NCBI GenBank assembly: GCA_051294375.1
Contig: CM119268.1
Coordinates: 23,505,084-23,568,801, forward strand
Direction of reading: 5' to 3'
Origin: Paraspadella gotoi
Taxonomy: Eukaryota; Animalia; Chaetognatha
Length of the DNA stretch: 63,718 nucleotides
The notes beneath the pieces were generated by a model. That model saw only the letters and a list, made by a program, of their open reading frames with translations, was not told where the DNA came from and ran no database searches. The position numbers and the translations under genes were made by a program. Within the stretch, counting starts at the first letter, position 1, and each line of letters begins with the position of its first letter. Positions 36,346 to 51,036 of the stretch are shown here, in pieces.

Positions 36346-37625
36346 TCGCCGTCGAACAAGAGATTTCAATAGAAAAGGGGAGAGACTGAATGGAAGAGGA
36401 GGAAGAGGAGGAAGAGGAGGAAGAGGAGGAAGCGGAGGAAGCGGAGGAAGAGGAGGAAGAGGGACATTTTTGATCTCAGCTTTTGAGGTCCATTGCTGAG
36501 TTTAATATAGAAAACAAATAAACTAGTGATAGAAAAAGTGATGAATGATTGAATCAAGAAAAATGAGAAATCAATAACAAATACTTCAAAATTTACAAAG
36601 AGATTAAGCTACAGTTTGTTTCAAAACCGAAAGAAAAAAGGAAAATCAAATTAAATGAATTAGAAACCTGAATCTTTGGATTCAGAAGTTGAATTTGCAA
36701 ACGAAAGAAAATCGGGCGAAGAAAAAATTTTGGAAGAAAAACTGGAAAAGTTTCAGTGGTAATGACGTCATGAGAGCGAGAGAGAGGGAGAGAGAGAGAG
36801 AGAGAGAGNNNNNNNNNNNNNNNNNNNNNNNNNNNNNNNNNNNNNNNNNNNNNNNNNNNNNNNNNNNNNNNNNNNNNNNNNNNNNNNNNNNNNNNNNNNN
36901 NNNNNNNNNNNNNNNNNNNNNNNNNNNNNNNNNNNNNNNNNNNNNNNNNNNNNNNNNNNNNNNNNNNNNNNNNNNNNNNNNNNNNNNNNNNNNNNNNNNN
37001 NNNNNNNNNNNNNNNNNNNNNNNCGTTCAAGAATGAGAATTAACCCTGCCGGAATTTCTCGTTCGGTTCCTTTGTTCTTCTTTCTATCTTTTTTTATTTT
37101 TTTTCTTTCTTTCTTTCTTTTTTTCTTTCTGTCTTTCTCCTTTTTTTGTTTTATTCTTTCTTTCTTTCTTTCTCTTTTTCTTTCTTTAAATTTTTTTTCT
37201 TAAGATTTTTATTCATATACTCGTTTGTCAATGACGATCCATATTTCTGTCTTTACATCTTTCAAATCTATCTGTAAAGGCGCCCCCTATCATCTGTAAA
37301 GGCGCTCCCTATCATCTGTGAAGACTTGTGACAAAACGAGATCCGAAAATTCCTTGACCGACACAATTTCTTCTCTTCTTTCTTTCTTTCTTCCTCGGGG
37401 TGATCTTACGCAATGCCCGATTACAATACTATTACTATATTACTATTACTATTACAATACTATTACAATACTATTACAATACTATTACTATATTACTATA
37501 TTACTTATGCAATGCCCGACTACAATACTATTACTATATTACGGAAAAAACTTTATATATTTATTTATTATTTACTATTGGTGGAATTGTCGTCGTGATA
37601 CGTTCACTGTTTCATTTGAATCAAA

Positions 37626-37679
37626 GTCACGTGACGATCACGTGATTAACTCACGTGATTAGATGTCACGAATTCGTGA
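37626..37679. promoter_or_regulatory. Cluster of three E-box palindromes plus a 14-bp palindrome
   Basis: GTCACGTGAC 37626, ATCACGTGAT 37637, TCACGTGA 37651, TCACGAATTCGTGA 37666; function unproven. Confidence 0.4.
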
Positions 37680-37769
37680 ATGAAAAGAAAAAAAAGAAAA
37701 TGAAAGGAAAGAAAGAAAAGGAGAACGAAGGAGAACGAGGGAGAACCATTGAAACTTTTTACCATTGAC

Positions 37770-37805
<36 letters not shown>

Positions 37806-37830
37806 NNNNNNNNNNNNNNNNNNNNNNNNN

Positions 37831-37877
<47 letters not shown>

Positions 37878-37929
37878 CTGCGCGAAATAGAGAATGTTGC
37901 AAGATGCACTTAGATCCATGGAGAGATGA

Positions 37930-38179
37930 GTGACACGAGACTGCATCCCCAGTCCATCCGGGGCCGAAAGAGAGAGAGAGAAGAGAGAGAGAAGAGGGAG
38001 AGAGAGAGAGAGAAAGAGAGGAGAGGAGAAGCAGAGAGGAGAGAGAGACGAGAAGAGGAGAGAGAAGCGAAGAGAAGAGGAGGAAGAGACGAAAGAAGAG
38101 AGAGAGACCAGTATAGATCCTTCAGACGACCCTCCCACAAAAAAGCCGAAAGTCTCTTTGAAAAAGAAGCGCAATCAAG
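37930..38179 (+). CDS. Weak candidate exon: charged segment ending in NLS-like PPTKKPKVSLKKKR
   Basis: Open frame ends at AAG|GTAAAC, a donor-like site; most of the frame is a GA repeat and there is a stop just upstream. Confidence 0.2.
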
Positions 38180-38419
38180 GTAAACACTGAGAGATAGGGA
38201 AGGAAGATGAGAGAGAGAAGAGGAGAGAGAGAGAGAGCAGAGAGATAACCAGAAGATGGAAGAGATACAGAGTGTACTCGGACATGATTCTTCGTAAAGT
38301 GCTCTCTCTGCCGGCTCTCTCTCCGTACTCTCTGCTCGTGCTACTCTCATCTCGTCTCGCTCGAATCATTCTGCGTCCCTTGCTCTCTCTCTTTTCGCGC
38401 GGTATTTAGACGTTCTGTT

Positions 38420-40073
38420 GGTATTGTACTGCCGTTTAGACTTATGTTCCTCAGGTGCTATCGAGACCAAAATATTCCCGTAGCACCAAGAAGATCGTGC
38501 AACTTTTCTTGTACAATTAAGTGAGGATGAGGGAAATATCGCAATTTCTCCTGTGAAAGTATTCGAACATGGCACAAAGGAGCTTTCTACACTGCGTCAG
38601 TATACTGGCATCGTACTCTCAGAGTCTCCAATCGACTTTTGTCGAGTATTCGCTTACAAATTTCATGACTGAAATGACCTGGAGACTAGCATAGACTCTA
38701 ATGCGCGAAATCTATATATGTCTGTATTAGTTATGAACTCAGACGAACGTTCGCTTACAAAAGTGGATCTTCGATAATTTCACCTAGTGATGCATCGTCT
38801 TCTCTGTACTCATCTGCTCTCATCTCTGCGTCTTACTCTCTTACATACTAACCACTGTTTTCTCTACTACTGCAATGTAAATCTCTGATGCGGTACAACA
38901 TGAACGGATTTTGCGATGTACTATGAGTCTTGACTCAGCTGTATGGTAAATCTTATGAGCACTGTACTGATAAATTATTATATGTATGACTGTTAATTAT
39001 CGGACTCCGATGGATTAAAATTTCTTGGAGATTGTCAAGATGTACCTAGTTGTAATTATAAAATCACAACTACAAATGGAAAAACCAATAAATTTTACTG
39101 ACACGTTTTGATCTTATGCTGATTAAATAACTGTTGTAATAAAGCTATTAATATAAAAAATGTGAAGATTATATCATCATATATAGTTTCTGATTAACGA
39201 GAAAGCTAAAGTGTACGTTATGTCAAGTCTTTTCAGATTCTATATAAAAATAACATACTCATCCTTTACTTTTATATTTAATATTATGCGGCTCATACAC
39301 TATTGAATCGAACGAGCTCCTTCTTCTTCTTTATATTTATCTAGTTTCAAGCTCTCTCTTTCATAGGATACTATCAACTATCTCTCTTTTTATTGCTTTC
39401 AAACAGTTATTATTCCTATTGTCTTACTGATTCTCTTCTCTTTCTCTTTCTCCTCCTCCTATCCCTTTACCATCTCTTCTCTCTCTCTCTCTCTCTCTCT
39501 TTCTCTTTTAATCAGCTATTTCCCGATATGTTTGACAATAGTACTAATTATTCGTCATTTCGTATCTATTATTATTACGTTTTAAAAGGCTAATTGAAAA
39601 GAGAAAACCAATGGAGGAAAGTCAGAGAAAATTATAAATATTGATGTGTTGGAACAAGAATAAGTGAATATATAAGATAAAGAAATAGAAAAATAAGTAA
39701 ATATGTATAAGAAAATACTAATATTATTATTACTATTAATAAAAATAAAAAAATAGGTAATAAATTGAATTGATAATAAGTAAAAATAAGAATAATAGTG
39801 AATAAATAAATATGGTATGTATTTAAAACTCAAAATAAGACTAGTCTTAACAAAGTAATAAAACACTATAGCCAACATTAACTATCACATCACGATACCA
39901 CACACCGTGCCTAAAAGTAACATGCAATATGCGCTATCAAAAGCCCTCCCATCCTCCCCCGTTCAGCAAAAACAACCACCATACAACTGACAAGGATCAT
40001 ATTCACATACTATAATACATCACAACACCAATTATCTCCCGTCGATACCCAACATAATTTCCTCTCTCCCTTC

Positions 40074-40109
<36 letters not shown>

Positions 40110-40416
40110 CAGACGACTCGTAGTGAGGCGGGGGATGGAATGGGGAAATGCATTGGTTTTTGGCGTTTTAAAGAATTGGGAGTTTTCTCCGTTAGACATG
40201 TGTGTCTTGCAATTCCTGAGGCAAAGATCCTTTTTCTTCACATTAGTGATGAGAAATACCATTTCCCTCTAAGTCACTCACAGACTTTCTCTTTCTCTAT
40301 ATCTCTACTTCTGTCTCACTCGCTTTGTCGATTTCCTTAAAATCACCCGAGGACACAAAGACTCAAATGGAATCTAACTCTGCTATAAACTCAGACGAAC
40401 GTCGCTTACAAAAGCA

Positions 40417-40452
<36 letters not shown>

Positions 40453-40823
40453 TCGTTCTCCTTCTCTCCCTCTTTCTCTCTACTCATTCACCTCATTCTC
40501 ACAAACTTTTCTTACTTGTCTGAGTTTTACCTCAATAGTTTTTCTTAATTTTCGTGGTTAATTAATTTGGTTTTGAATTATGTTTTTATAATACAAAACA
40601 AATTAAATAAAATTAATCTTCTGACGTTTGTCTTAATTATAATTTTAAACAAATATAAAATTATTAATTCCATAAAAGTTCTTTAAAAACAAATGAGTTT
40701 TGAAGTGAGGCTTAAAAAAAAACAAATGGTCAACACTTTTGAATCGCAGTTCCTCGTTCTTTTTAGGTTCCAGTTTTTTGGTCAACTAATCTTTTTGGCT
40801 TTAAACGTTCTAGTTCCACGAGG

Positions 40824-40888
<65 letters not shown>

Positions 40889-41100
40889 TTAATCAGCTTT
40901 CCCGATTGTGCAAAGACTATTTCGCCTTCGCGTTTAAAAGGCAAATGGAAGGAGAGAAACCAATTGGAGGAAGAGAGAAAAAAAGGTGTGGAAAAGAAAG
41001 GAAAAGAAAAGAAAAGAAAAAGGAAATGAAAAGAAAAAAGAAATAAAAAGAAAAGAATAGAAAAAGAGAAAAGAAAAAATAAGAAAAGAAAAAAAAGGGA
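38420..41100 (+). repeat. Very noisy direct duplicate: ~38420-39800 corresponds to ~40188-41100
   Basis: Shared anchors in order (aactcagacgaacg..cgcttacaaaag; ctcttttaatcagct; ttaaaaggc..gagaaa.ccaat.ggaggaa) with many extra bases in the first copy. Confidence 0.7.
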
Positions 41101-41819
41101 AAAAAAAGAAGTAAAAAGAAAAAAAAAGAATAAATAAATGAAAAGAAAAAAGAAAAGAAAAAGGAAAGAAAGGTAAGAAAAAGGATAGAAAAACAACCAC
41201 AAAAATGAAAGGAAGAGAGAACAAAACAAACAAACAAACTAACGAAAAAATAAGTTTAAAATGTGAAAAAAGAAGAAAACAAGTTTGAACAAACAATGTC
41301 GGATCTGCCGACGATAATTAAGCGGTAATAAGCAAATGCGATGATAAATTACGGTAATTTTTTCTGACTTTTAATTTGTGATCTTACCCGATCACAACAC
41401 ATCATAACAGACTTCTTAATAAATTTATAAAAAAATATATAAATCAAATGATCATTACCAGTGGCCTCGTCAATACCAACTTGCATAATTTGATAATTNN
41501 NNNNNNNNNNNNNNNNNNNNNNNNNNNNNNNNNNNNNNNNNNNNNNNNNNNNNNNNNNNNNNNNNNNNNNNNNNNNNNNNNNNNNNNNNNNNNNNNNNNN
41601 NNNNNNNNNNNNNNNNNNNNNNNNNNNNNNNNNNNNNNNNNNNNNNNNNNNNNNNNNNNNNNNNNNNNNNCTTGCATTATTTGGTCAACTTACATAATTT
41701 GATCAAATTTCATAATTTAATCGACTTAAATTATTTGTGTTAGTACAACAAGAGTCGAAACATGTCCAATATTTTGTAAATAAAAACGTTCTCTCATCGT
41801 TTCCCATTTCCAATTTCCT

Positions 41820-41887
<68 letters not shown>

Positions 41888-42034
41888 TTTCTGCAAATCC
41901 CTCCTTGATTGAGTCACGCGTCCCGACGAGTTTCAACACGTGCAGACACGTCCGAGTCTCTCATCAACCTCCTCCCACTCTTTTTCTCTTTTCTTCTTTC
42001 TCCTCCTCATCTTCTTCTCTTTTTTAACCTTCTT

Positions 42035-42123
<89 letters not shown>

Positions 42124-42502
42124 CTCTCTCTCTTTCCTTCTTCTCTCTTATGTCCCTCCGCTCACTCGCTCTCTCTCTCTCTCTCTCCTTTTCTCTTTCC
42201 CCTCTTCTTTCTGTCTCTGTCTTTTCTCTCTCTTCTTTTCTTTTCTTTTTCACCCTATTCTTTCTGTCCTGCCTCTCTCTCTCTCCTTTTCTCTTTCCTC
42301 CTATTCCTTCTTCTTTACTCTTCTTCTCTCCCTCCCGGGATCCAATTCGCGCGAGAAAAAAATTTTGTTGTTGTTATTGTTTTTCAAATTTATTTTCCCT
42401 TTTGTTTTCTGTTTGCTTTTCTTTTCTTTTATTTTATTTTCCACTACGAGGATTTCATTGCTTGTTTTTTTTTCTCGGCTTTCTCTCGGACTTCGGCGCC
42501 TA

Positions 42503-42563
<61 letters not shown>

Positions 42564-43633
42564 CCTCTATCTCTCTTTCTTTTTTAGTCGGATCTGCTTA
42601 TAAGCAGATCCGACTCTATAATTCACTTGAGTCGTCGTGGTCCCCCCTCAATCTTGATTACTTATTTTAGTCAGAAATCGAATTGTGATAAATTAATTCA
42701 AAAATTAATTCCGTCGCTGTCGTCATTCTGTTTCGTCTGTCCGTGATCTGTCCATCCTATTAGAAAAAACTCCATTGATGGATGATTGGAATTAAATTTT
42801 GTTGTGTGGGTAGAAAGTGGTGTGATTGAGGCGTGGATATAAAGTTGAGAATCGTGCGGGTGGAAATGAAAATAAAGTCAAATTTTTGCATAATTTGCTA
42901 ATTTTGCATATTTAGTCAACTTACATTATTTGGTCAACTTGCATAGATTTGATCAATATAATATATTTACTTGAAAGTATTTTTACTTTTATTTACTAAC
43001 ACAAAATAATTTAGTCGATTAAATTATGAAATATGATCAAAATTATATAAGTTGACAATAATGCAAGTTGACTAATATTACGCAAAATTAGAAAATTATG
43101 GCAAAATTATCAATTATGCAAGTTGGTATTGGCGAGGCCTGGTAATGATCATTGATTTATAATTTTTTTTCATAGATTTTATTAAGAAGTCTGTATGATG
43201 TGTTGTGATTCCGGTAAGATCACAATTAAAAGTCAGAAAAAATTTACCGTGATTTATCATCGCATTAGCTTATTACCGCTTAAATTATGTCGGCAGATCC
43301 GACATTGTTTGTTCAAAACTTGTTTTAATTCTTTTTTTCAACATTTTAAACTTATTTTTTCGTTAGTTTGTTTGTTGTTTTGTTCTCTCTCCTTTGCATT
43401 TTTGGGTTGTTTTCTATCCTTTTTTGCTTCCCTTTTCTTTCTCTTTTTCTTTTCTTTTTTCTTTTCATTTCCTTTTTCTTTTTTTTTTTTTTTTAATTTT
43501 TTTTCTTTTTTTTCTTTTTTTTCTTATTTTTTCTATTCTCTTTTTCTATTCTTTTCTTTTCTTTTCTTTTCTTTTCTTCTTTTTCTTTTCTTTCTTTTGC
43601 TTTTTCTTTCTTTTTCTTTTCTTTTCTTTTCCA
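40988..43633. repeat. Inverted duplication 40988-41746 / 42993-43633
   Basis: aacaatgtcggatctgccgac (~41292) vs gtcggcagatccgacattgtt (~43289); right edge at a ~25-N gap. Confidence 0.9.
42581..42960 (-). mobile_element. HINE/Helentron-like element end with a perfect 30-bp palindrome
   Basis: TTTTT + AGTCGGATCTGCTTATAAGCAGATCCGACT (42586-42615) + CTATAATTCACTT, followed by gtctgtcc motifs, a core repeat and ~20-bp aacttgcataatttg units. Confidence 0.55.
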
Positions 43634-44603
43634 NNNNNNNNNNNNNNNNNNNNNNNNNGATTTGATGTGAGATTTTTTCATTTTTTTGTTTCAAATTTAT
43701 AACAAAATCGAAAGTTTTTTGTTTAAGAAGAAAAAAAATTGATTCTTTTAATTAAATAATTAATATTGTTTATTTCCAGCTTCAAGGTAATTTAATTAAA
43801 ATTAAAGCTTCTTTTCTTTATCTATCATCACTGCATTCAAAACCAAAACCTGATGAATCATCACAGATGATATATTTATTTTTTCCCATTTTTTTATTCA
43901 CAACAGAAACATTTTCCTTTCTTAGTCTGTATGGTTCTTTTTTCCAACGCCATATTTAGCAAAAGCACCTCATTTCCGCTTAAATTATTAATTATATAAG
44001 TTTTTAAATTAAAATTACCTTTATGAAAATGAATTAGTTGCTAAAACTTTGTTACAAATATATATCTTATTACAAAAGAATAAAAATTTTGCATTTTCTA
44101 AAAGATATGAATAAGAATAGTGTTTTGGTTTAACGTTTATTGTTTAAAGATAAGTCGAGAGATTCCAGTTGAAGTTTAAAGATTTGGGTCAAGTTAAATA
44201 TTAGGATTAGGGATTAAGATTAAATATTACTTTGAAAACTTATAAAAGATTAATACTAAAAATTTATATTAGAAATAAGTTTAAGGATTAAAAACAGAAA
44301 TGGAGTTATTTTGGAAAATAGTGCCTTTTTTATGCGGTTGTTTTTTTCTCCATTATTTTTTTTACCTTTTCTTCTTTTTCCTCCTATTTTCTCCATGAAT
44401 ATAAAAAAGAGATTCTTCCATCTTTTCCTTTGTCATCAACATATTGAACGGCGATGGCACTCGAGGTCGTCGTCGTCGTCGTCGTCGTCGTCGTCCTCGT
44501 TGCGGTTGACGGCGAAGGCTATTCAACCCCGAGAACGGTTACCGAGAGAGAGANNNNNNNNNNNNNNNNNNNNNNNNNGAGAGAAGAGCAGAGGAAGAGA
44601 GAG

Positions 44604-44663
<60 letters not shown>

Positions 44664-44759
44664 AGAGAGAGAGTAAGAAAGAAGGAAAGATGATGAATAC
44701 ACAGATGTCAGGTCGTGTAGGGGCAATGAAGGAGAGAGAGAGAGAGAGAAGAGAGAGGA

Positions 44760-44802
<43 letters not shown>

Positions 44803-46985
44803 TGAGTGTGTGTAAAAGGTGGAAAAAGCTCGTAAGAGAGTGATAACTCCTCATTGTTCCAAAGAAGTCTACCATAATCATAAATATTGTCTCCCGACAA
44901 AAACATAGTAAAATTAAAAAAAAAAAATTTATACTTTAAACAAAAAATACTTCTGTTTGTGGTTTTTAATATGTTGTCTATAACATTAACAAATTAATGA
45001 ATTATTGTTAGTTAATGTCCCTCCGTGGGAAGAAAAGGTTGGGGTCCCCGTTTTTTTTTTTGTATGGGGTTTTCACAGCATAATTTAATACAGCGAGAAA
45101 TTTTGCAAGAAAGAATCGTATCCTCATTGTTTCTTACCAATACTGCTGATATTGATTATTTTAATATTTAAAATAACCCTTAATACAATATAAATACTCT
45201 AATATGTTCGATGTTCATCTTCTTATTCAATTTCTTTATTTTAATCTTTTTGTCTTTGGACAAAGAAAAATCGAATTGGGCAGCGATTAAAGTTAAGTCT
45301 TCTCACAGCAGTAAACCTCTCCTCTCGTCTCTCTCTCTCTTCTCTTCTCTCTCTCTCTCTCTCGTGTCTTACTTTCACTTCTAGTCTCTTCTCTCTTTTC
45401 TTCCTTTTCATTTTCTCCCTTTCTTTTTATTTCTTTTTTTCTTTCTTTCTTTCTCTTCCTCCTCTTTATTTCTTTTATTTTTTATTACTTTTTTTCTTTC
45501 AACCTTCTTTCTTTCTCTCCCTCTCTCCCTCTCCATCTCGCACTCTCTCCTTCTCCAGAAAAGCTGAGACAAGCTTATACAGATAATAAATGGATAATAA
45601 GGTTTCCCTGACTTTGAGTAACGATGGAAGGAGGAAGAGGAGAGGAGACAGGAGAAGACGACGACAACTCATGAGGAGGAGTAATGGAGGAAAGAGAGGA
45701 AAACAACGACTCAGAAGGACGACGACGACGAGACGACAAACAAAGATTGGGTCCATCCATGTGTTGCGCCTCTGTGACTTTCTTTCCAAGTGTATTTCAA
45801 CAATGATGACCAAACAGCAAATCTGAAGGTAACAAAATGTTCAATAGTTAACGATTTTTATGCAGAAGTTTTACAACTAAAATAAAACGCGATAAACTGT
45901 CTTATTTACTCTTATGGTGCACGTGGACAGTAAGTTCCACATTTGTCACGTGACAACACAGTATGAAATAATATGAACAACAAGTATGAATTTATGCACA
46001 ACATTCCTCCATAATTACTACGGCACGTTAAAGGTCTATCCTTCCTACCAAATACTGAAACTATGTGATAAAGTATAACTCGAGTTATAATAGGTACACA
46101 AATTCGATAACGCAACCTGGACAAGACACGAAGAATACTACAACATACGACAACGAAAGAAGCTGCAATAACGACAGAACCGACCGAAAAAGTTGCTATT
46201 GAGTTGCACCGCGAGAATCGCGCCGGCAAATAAAAGCCGACGACGATAGACAGACGACAACGACGACTAACGACGACGACAACGACAACGAACAACGACA
46301 ACGACAACCAATTGGAGATAAAGACGAACGTGAATGAAGGATTTTCACTCGGACGACGAAGACGCCGAATGCTGTGATGTCTCACCACCATAGTATCTTA
46401 TCCTCTATTCTTCTCCTAATGTATTCCTTCTTTCTTTCTTTCTTCTCTTTCTTTCTTTCTTTTCTTTCTTTCTTATCTCTTCTTTCTTTACTTCTTTTCT
46501 TTTTCCTCTCCTTTCTTTCTTTCTTTCTTTCTTTTCTTTCTTCTTTTTTTTCTATCTTTCTTTAACTTTTTCTTCTTCTTCTTCTTCCTTTACTGTATCT
46601 TTTCCTTTACTATCTTTCTCTCGTCTTCTCTCTCTTCTCTACTCTCTCTCTCTCTCTCTCTGCCCTCTTCTCTCTCTCTCTCTCCTCCCTACTCTCTCCC
46701 TCCCCACTTCTCTCTCGCCATCCTCCATTTTCTAAGCCGCCTGAATAGACGTTAAAAGGAGAAAGAGAAAAGGGTGATGTGTGATCGTTTTCTGTATCGT
46801 CGTCGTGCTTTTTGTTGTCTGTGTTGTTATTTTATTCATAAAAAAGTCGATGACGAAGAATATACAGGATGTTATTTTTAAATTATAATCTTCATTTTCA
46901 CTTAATTCTATAAAATTTCGTATTCCTAACCTTCTTAATATCTTTCCTTTAAGTATAAAATGTTTTCCAATTTCACTCTGCCTGT

Positions 46986-47018
<33 letters not shown>

Positions 47019-47935
47019 TTTTCTCTCTCTCCCTTCCTCCCTCCCTTTCTCTCCTCCCCCTCTTTCCCGCTATCACTCTTTCTCTCCTCTCACTCCGTCT
47101 ATCTTCTCCCACACGTTTCAATTCTCTTTTCACTGGCACTAAATCGCCAAAACAAACTCGCATCAGAATCAAGAAACGAGCACGCCTATTTTAACAGGCA
47201 AGAACAGATCTGCTTCCAGTTTGTCTATCTCTCACTCCCTTGTCTCTTCAGGTTTTTCGTGTCATCACTTCCGTTGTCTTCTTGGTTTGTCATTTCACTT
47301 AATTCGTTGTCTCATCCGGTTTGTCTCCTTCGGGTTTGTCTTCACTCGGTTTGTTCCTTTGGTTCCTGTTTGTCTCTACTTCCGGTTTGTTATAAAACCT
47401 TTATCTCCAATCCGGTTCTTCCAGTTCTCGCACGTTTCATTTGCCTTTTACTCCATTTTCATATGTTTGTCAATTCGGATTCTAACTCGTTTTCCCTTTC
47501 CATTTTTCTCACTTCTAGTCTGTCTCTTCCGTATGTTCTTACTTTCGGTTTGTCTTCAACTCCATTTATCTTCACGTCCGGTTTTTCGACCTCCGTGTTT
47601 GTCTTCTCGGCTCAATCCGGTTTTTCTCCACCTCCGGTCGTGCTTCTCTTCCAGTTTATCATCAGCTTATCTTTAACCATAAATCACACAATGATAACAA
47701 CAACAATAACACGTAACAAACAAAACTCCACCACCGACTGTGTTTCCCAATCGAGAACTTCGCAAGCTTCTTTTCTTTCGGTTCCATCGCAAGACGCGAT
47801 TCCTGTTTGGTTCCAACAGCGAAGAGAGAAAAAAAAAGAATTTGACCTTTCTTCCTGCTTTTTTTTTTTATCTTTGATCTCATCTTTTTTCTCTCTTTTT
47901 TTTTCATTTGTTGATAAACCTAATTCCGTTTCTTT

Positions 47936-47985
<50 letters not shown>

Positions 47986-48844
47986 CTCTCTTCTTCTCCT
48001 CTCTCTCTCTTCCCTCTCTTCCCCGGAGCTGAATGAACTCATTGTTATTCCTCAAACGCGTTTTTGTTATACCATCGACACATTGTTTCTTATTACTTCT
48101 TCTTTTTCCATCCCCTTTCCTTCCTCTCTTTCTCTTTCTCTTTCCTCCATCCCTCTCTCTTTTTCCTCTCTCCTCTCTTCTCTTTTCTCTATCTTATCTC
48201 TTCTCTCTTCTCTTTCCACTTTCCTCTTTTCTTTCTCCTCTATTTTTACTCTCTCCCTTTCTCTCTACTCATTGAAGAGCGAAAGAAAAAAAGAGAGATC
48301 CGATCACGTATTTTTTGTCACGAACTTTGCCTTATCTCAGTTCTTACTTTTTTTCCTTTTTTTCTTTTTTTTCGATATTTTCTTTTTCTTTCATTTTTTT
48401 TAATCTTTCCTTTTTTTATTTTTTATAATCTATCTTTTTAATCTTACAGTCCTTTTAATCTTTCTTTTATTTAATTTTTTTTCTTTATCTTTCTTTCTGG
48501 CGTGGATCAACACTTTTCCTCACAATTATCTTTCTCCTCCTTTTTTTTTTTTCTTTTTTTCTTTTTTTTTTTATTTCAATTTCATGGTTTCCGGTTTTTC
48601 CTTAAATTGAAGTCAGTCAGTCTGTCTCTTCTTCTTCTTCTTTTAATGAACTTTTTTTCTTAAGATATTTTTTGGAGTTTAAAGATGAAAGAAGTCACGT
48701 TCAAAAGACTATAATCGAGTTTTTTTCCTTGCGAGATGGGCTCAGCAGAAAAAAAACTACATTGAATTTAATTTCAATTGAAATTTAAATTTAATTTTTT
48801 AATAATCACGACCACCCAACTAAAAGTTATCTACCCCTCGAGAA

Positions 48845-48960
48845 GCGTGAGGAGCGAAACCCGCCATGGGAGCGGGAAAAGCCCACAGCCTAGGACCGTT
48901 CCGTGGCTGCTCGAGGAGGTTAAAAGAGTTACGTATAGCATTTAAATTCACCCAAGCTTA
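48845..48960 (+). mobile_element. SINE body without a clear tRNA head; cleaner mirror copy at 57242-57362 (-)
   Basis: Mirror reads gcgtgaggacggccgaaagccgcc..ggctgctagaggaggttaaagaagtt, matching 36204-36303. Confidence 0.75.
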
Positions 48961-50795
48961 AAAATATGTTAGGTTTTAATTCTTCTCAAGTGTAAACAAA
49001 CTGAAAAGAGAGAAAAAATATAAAAAAAAGTAAGAAAATAATAAAAATAAAAAAAGAAAAAAATAAAGAAAGAGACAGAAAAAAAGATAAAAATTTAGCG
49101 ACGAAACTGAGATTATATTTTAACAGACAAAGCATCTGGTTTGGCGACGAGACGACGACAACGACGACTACTACAGAATGTCAACTGAGAGTATAAGCAA
49201 AGAACAACATTTATTGAATGAAAGATGGAGTGATGATGGAGTAGATAGAGTGAATGATGGAGTGAATGATTAGTGAAAGATGGAATTAATGATGGAGTTA
49301 ATGAGTGAATGCCAAGCTTTTTTCCTCTAGAAAAAATCTAAAATCTGTCAGCTATTGTTGATTTTTTTTCTTTTTTCGTTCTGTTAATTTAAATATTTTA
49401 TTTTGTTGAATTGTAAACTGTACAATTTATGCGTTTAGTCTGTAATGCTGTATGCCCTTTGAATGTACTGTTTTCACTAATTGTGTAAATGAATAAAACA
49501 ATTATGTAAATTATGAAGTGAATGATGGAGATGAATGAGTGGAGTAATAATGATGTGTAAATGAGTGGAGTGAATGATGAAGTAATGATGGTTAAGAAGG
49601 GAGTAAGTAATGGAGTGAATGAATGTCTGAATATGACTGAATGATGGAGTAGATGGAGGGAATAATGGAGTAAATGATGGAGTAAATGATGGAGCGAATG
49701 ACGTGGAAGTCAAGAGAAGAATAACCAAAAAGATGGAACCAAGAAATGAATCCAAGTGAAGGAGAGGAGGAGGAGAGGAAAGGCAGGGGAGGAGGAGAGG
49801 AGGAGGTAAACTAAGCTGGTTTCGACCTCTCTTCATCGCTAAACGTCGAAATGCAGCGATCGATTGCCGGTCGAAAGAATCGAAGTTCGAGTAGAGGAAA
49901 GATGAGAATGAGGATGAGGAAGAGGAGGAAAGAGAAGAAGGAAGAGGATGCGAGAAGAAAAGGAGAAGTAGAGAGGATGAGAAAGAGGATGAGGAAAGAG
50001 GAGTAGGGAGTAAGGAGGAGAGGCAGGATGAGGAAGGAGGAGTAAGAGGATGAGAAAAGGAGGAGGAAAGAGGAGGATGGAGAAGAGGAGAGTAGGAGGA
50101 GGAGTAGGAGGCAGTAGAGGAGATGAGAAAGAGGAGGAGGAAGAGGAGGAGCGAGAAGTAGGAAGAGGCAGGAGGAGAGGTAGGAGGAGTAGAGGAAGGA
50201 TGAGAAAGAGATGAGAAGAGGAGGAGGAGAAGGAGGAAGAGGTAGGAGAGGAGAAGGAAGGAGTAGAGGAGGATGAGAAAGAGGAGGAGGAAGAGGAGGA
50301 GAAAGAGAAAAAGACTCAAAGAAAAGGAAAATATTTTATAAATGATAGTTAACCTGACAAACAGATTATGAGTGGATTAGTGACTCGGTGGGTTGAAGAC
50401 TACTAACGTATTTCTGTGTCCCATGAGCGCATGAAAACGGTCTTGGGCTTTAGAAAGGCTTGAGGGTTTCCAGGCCCCTCAAGGCGGTTTACGCCGTCCT
50501 CACGCTGAAGGAATCGATCCCTGTATCGGAATGGTCAGCTGCTGATGGTATTACTCAATGAGGCACCGGGTCACCAACTGAATTCAATGCTTATAAGGCG
50601 TGTGAACTTATTGCAATCCCGACTACATATGTATAGATATAGATATATATTTTGATAGATAGAGATATAAAGATAGATAGATTGTTAAATAGATAGATAG
50701 TAATCATAGTACAGATAATAATTTGAATATAATATAGATAGATAACAAAGATAGATATTGATAGAGATAATAGATAGATAGATAGATAGATAATA

Positions 50796-50827
<32 letters not shown>

Positions 50828-51036
50828 AGATAATAGAATAGATGTCAAAAAATGATCCATATAATTTTTAAAATTAGAACAGAAAAACAAAAAATTGTTT
50901 AAAATTAAAGACCTACACTTTATTTTACACATCAGTGAAATCTTAGCTTCTCCCTTCCTCTTTCCTCATACAAAATATTACGCAGCAGTATCAGTTTATT
51001 AAAATCCATATAAGCGATTTACATTAATTGCGCATC

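Noticed and set aside
17139-43875. CTGATGA hammerhead cores (~17139, 29388, 29590, 43850)
   Set aside because: None has a stem II followed by GAAA with closing stems
45590-45835. Acidic or basic ORF ending near AAG|GTAA
   Set aside because: The frame is not preserved in the mirror copy at 60380-60600, and it is mostly GAC/GAG repeats
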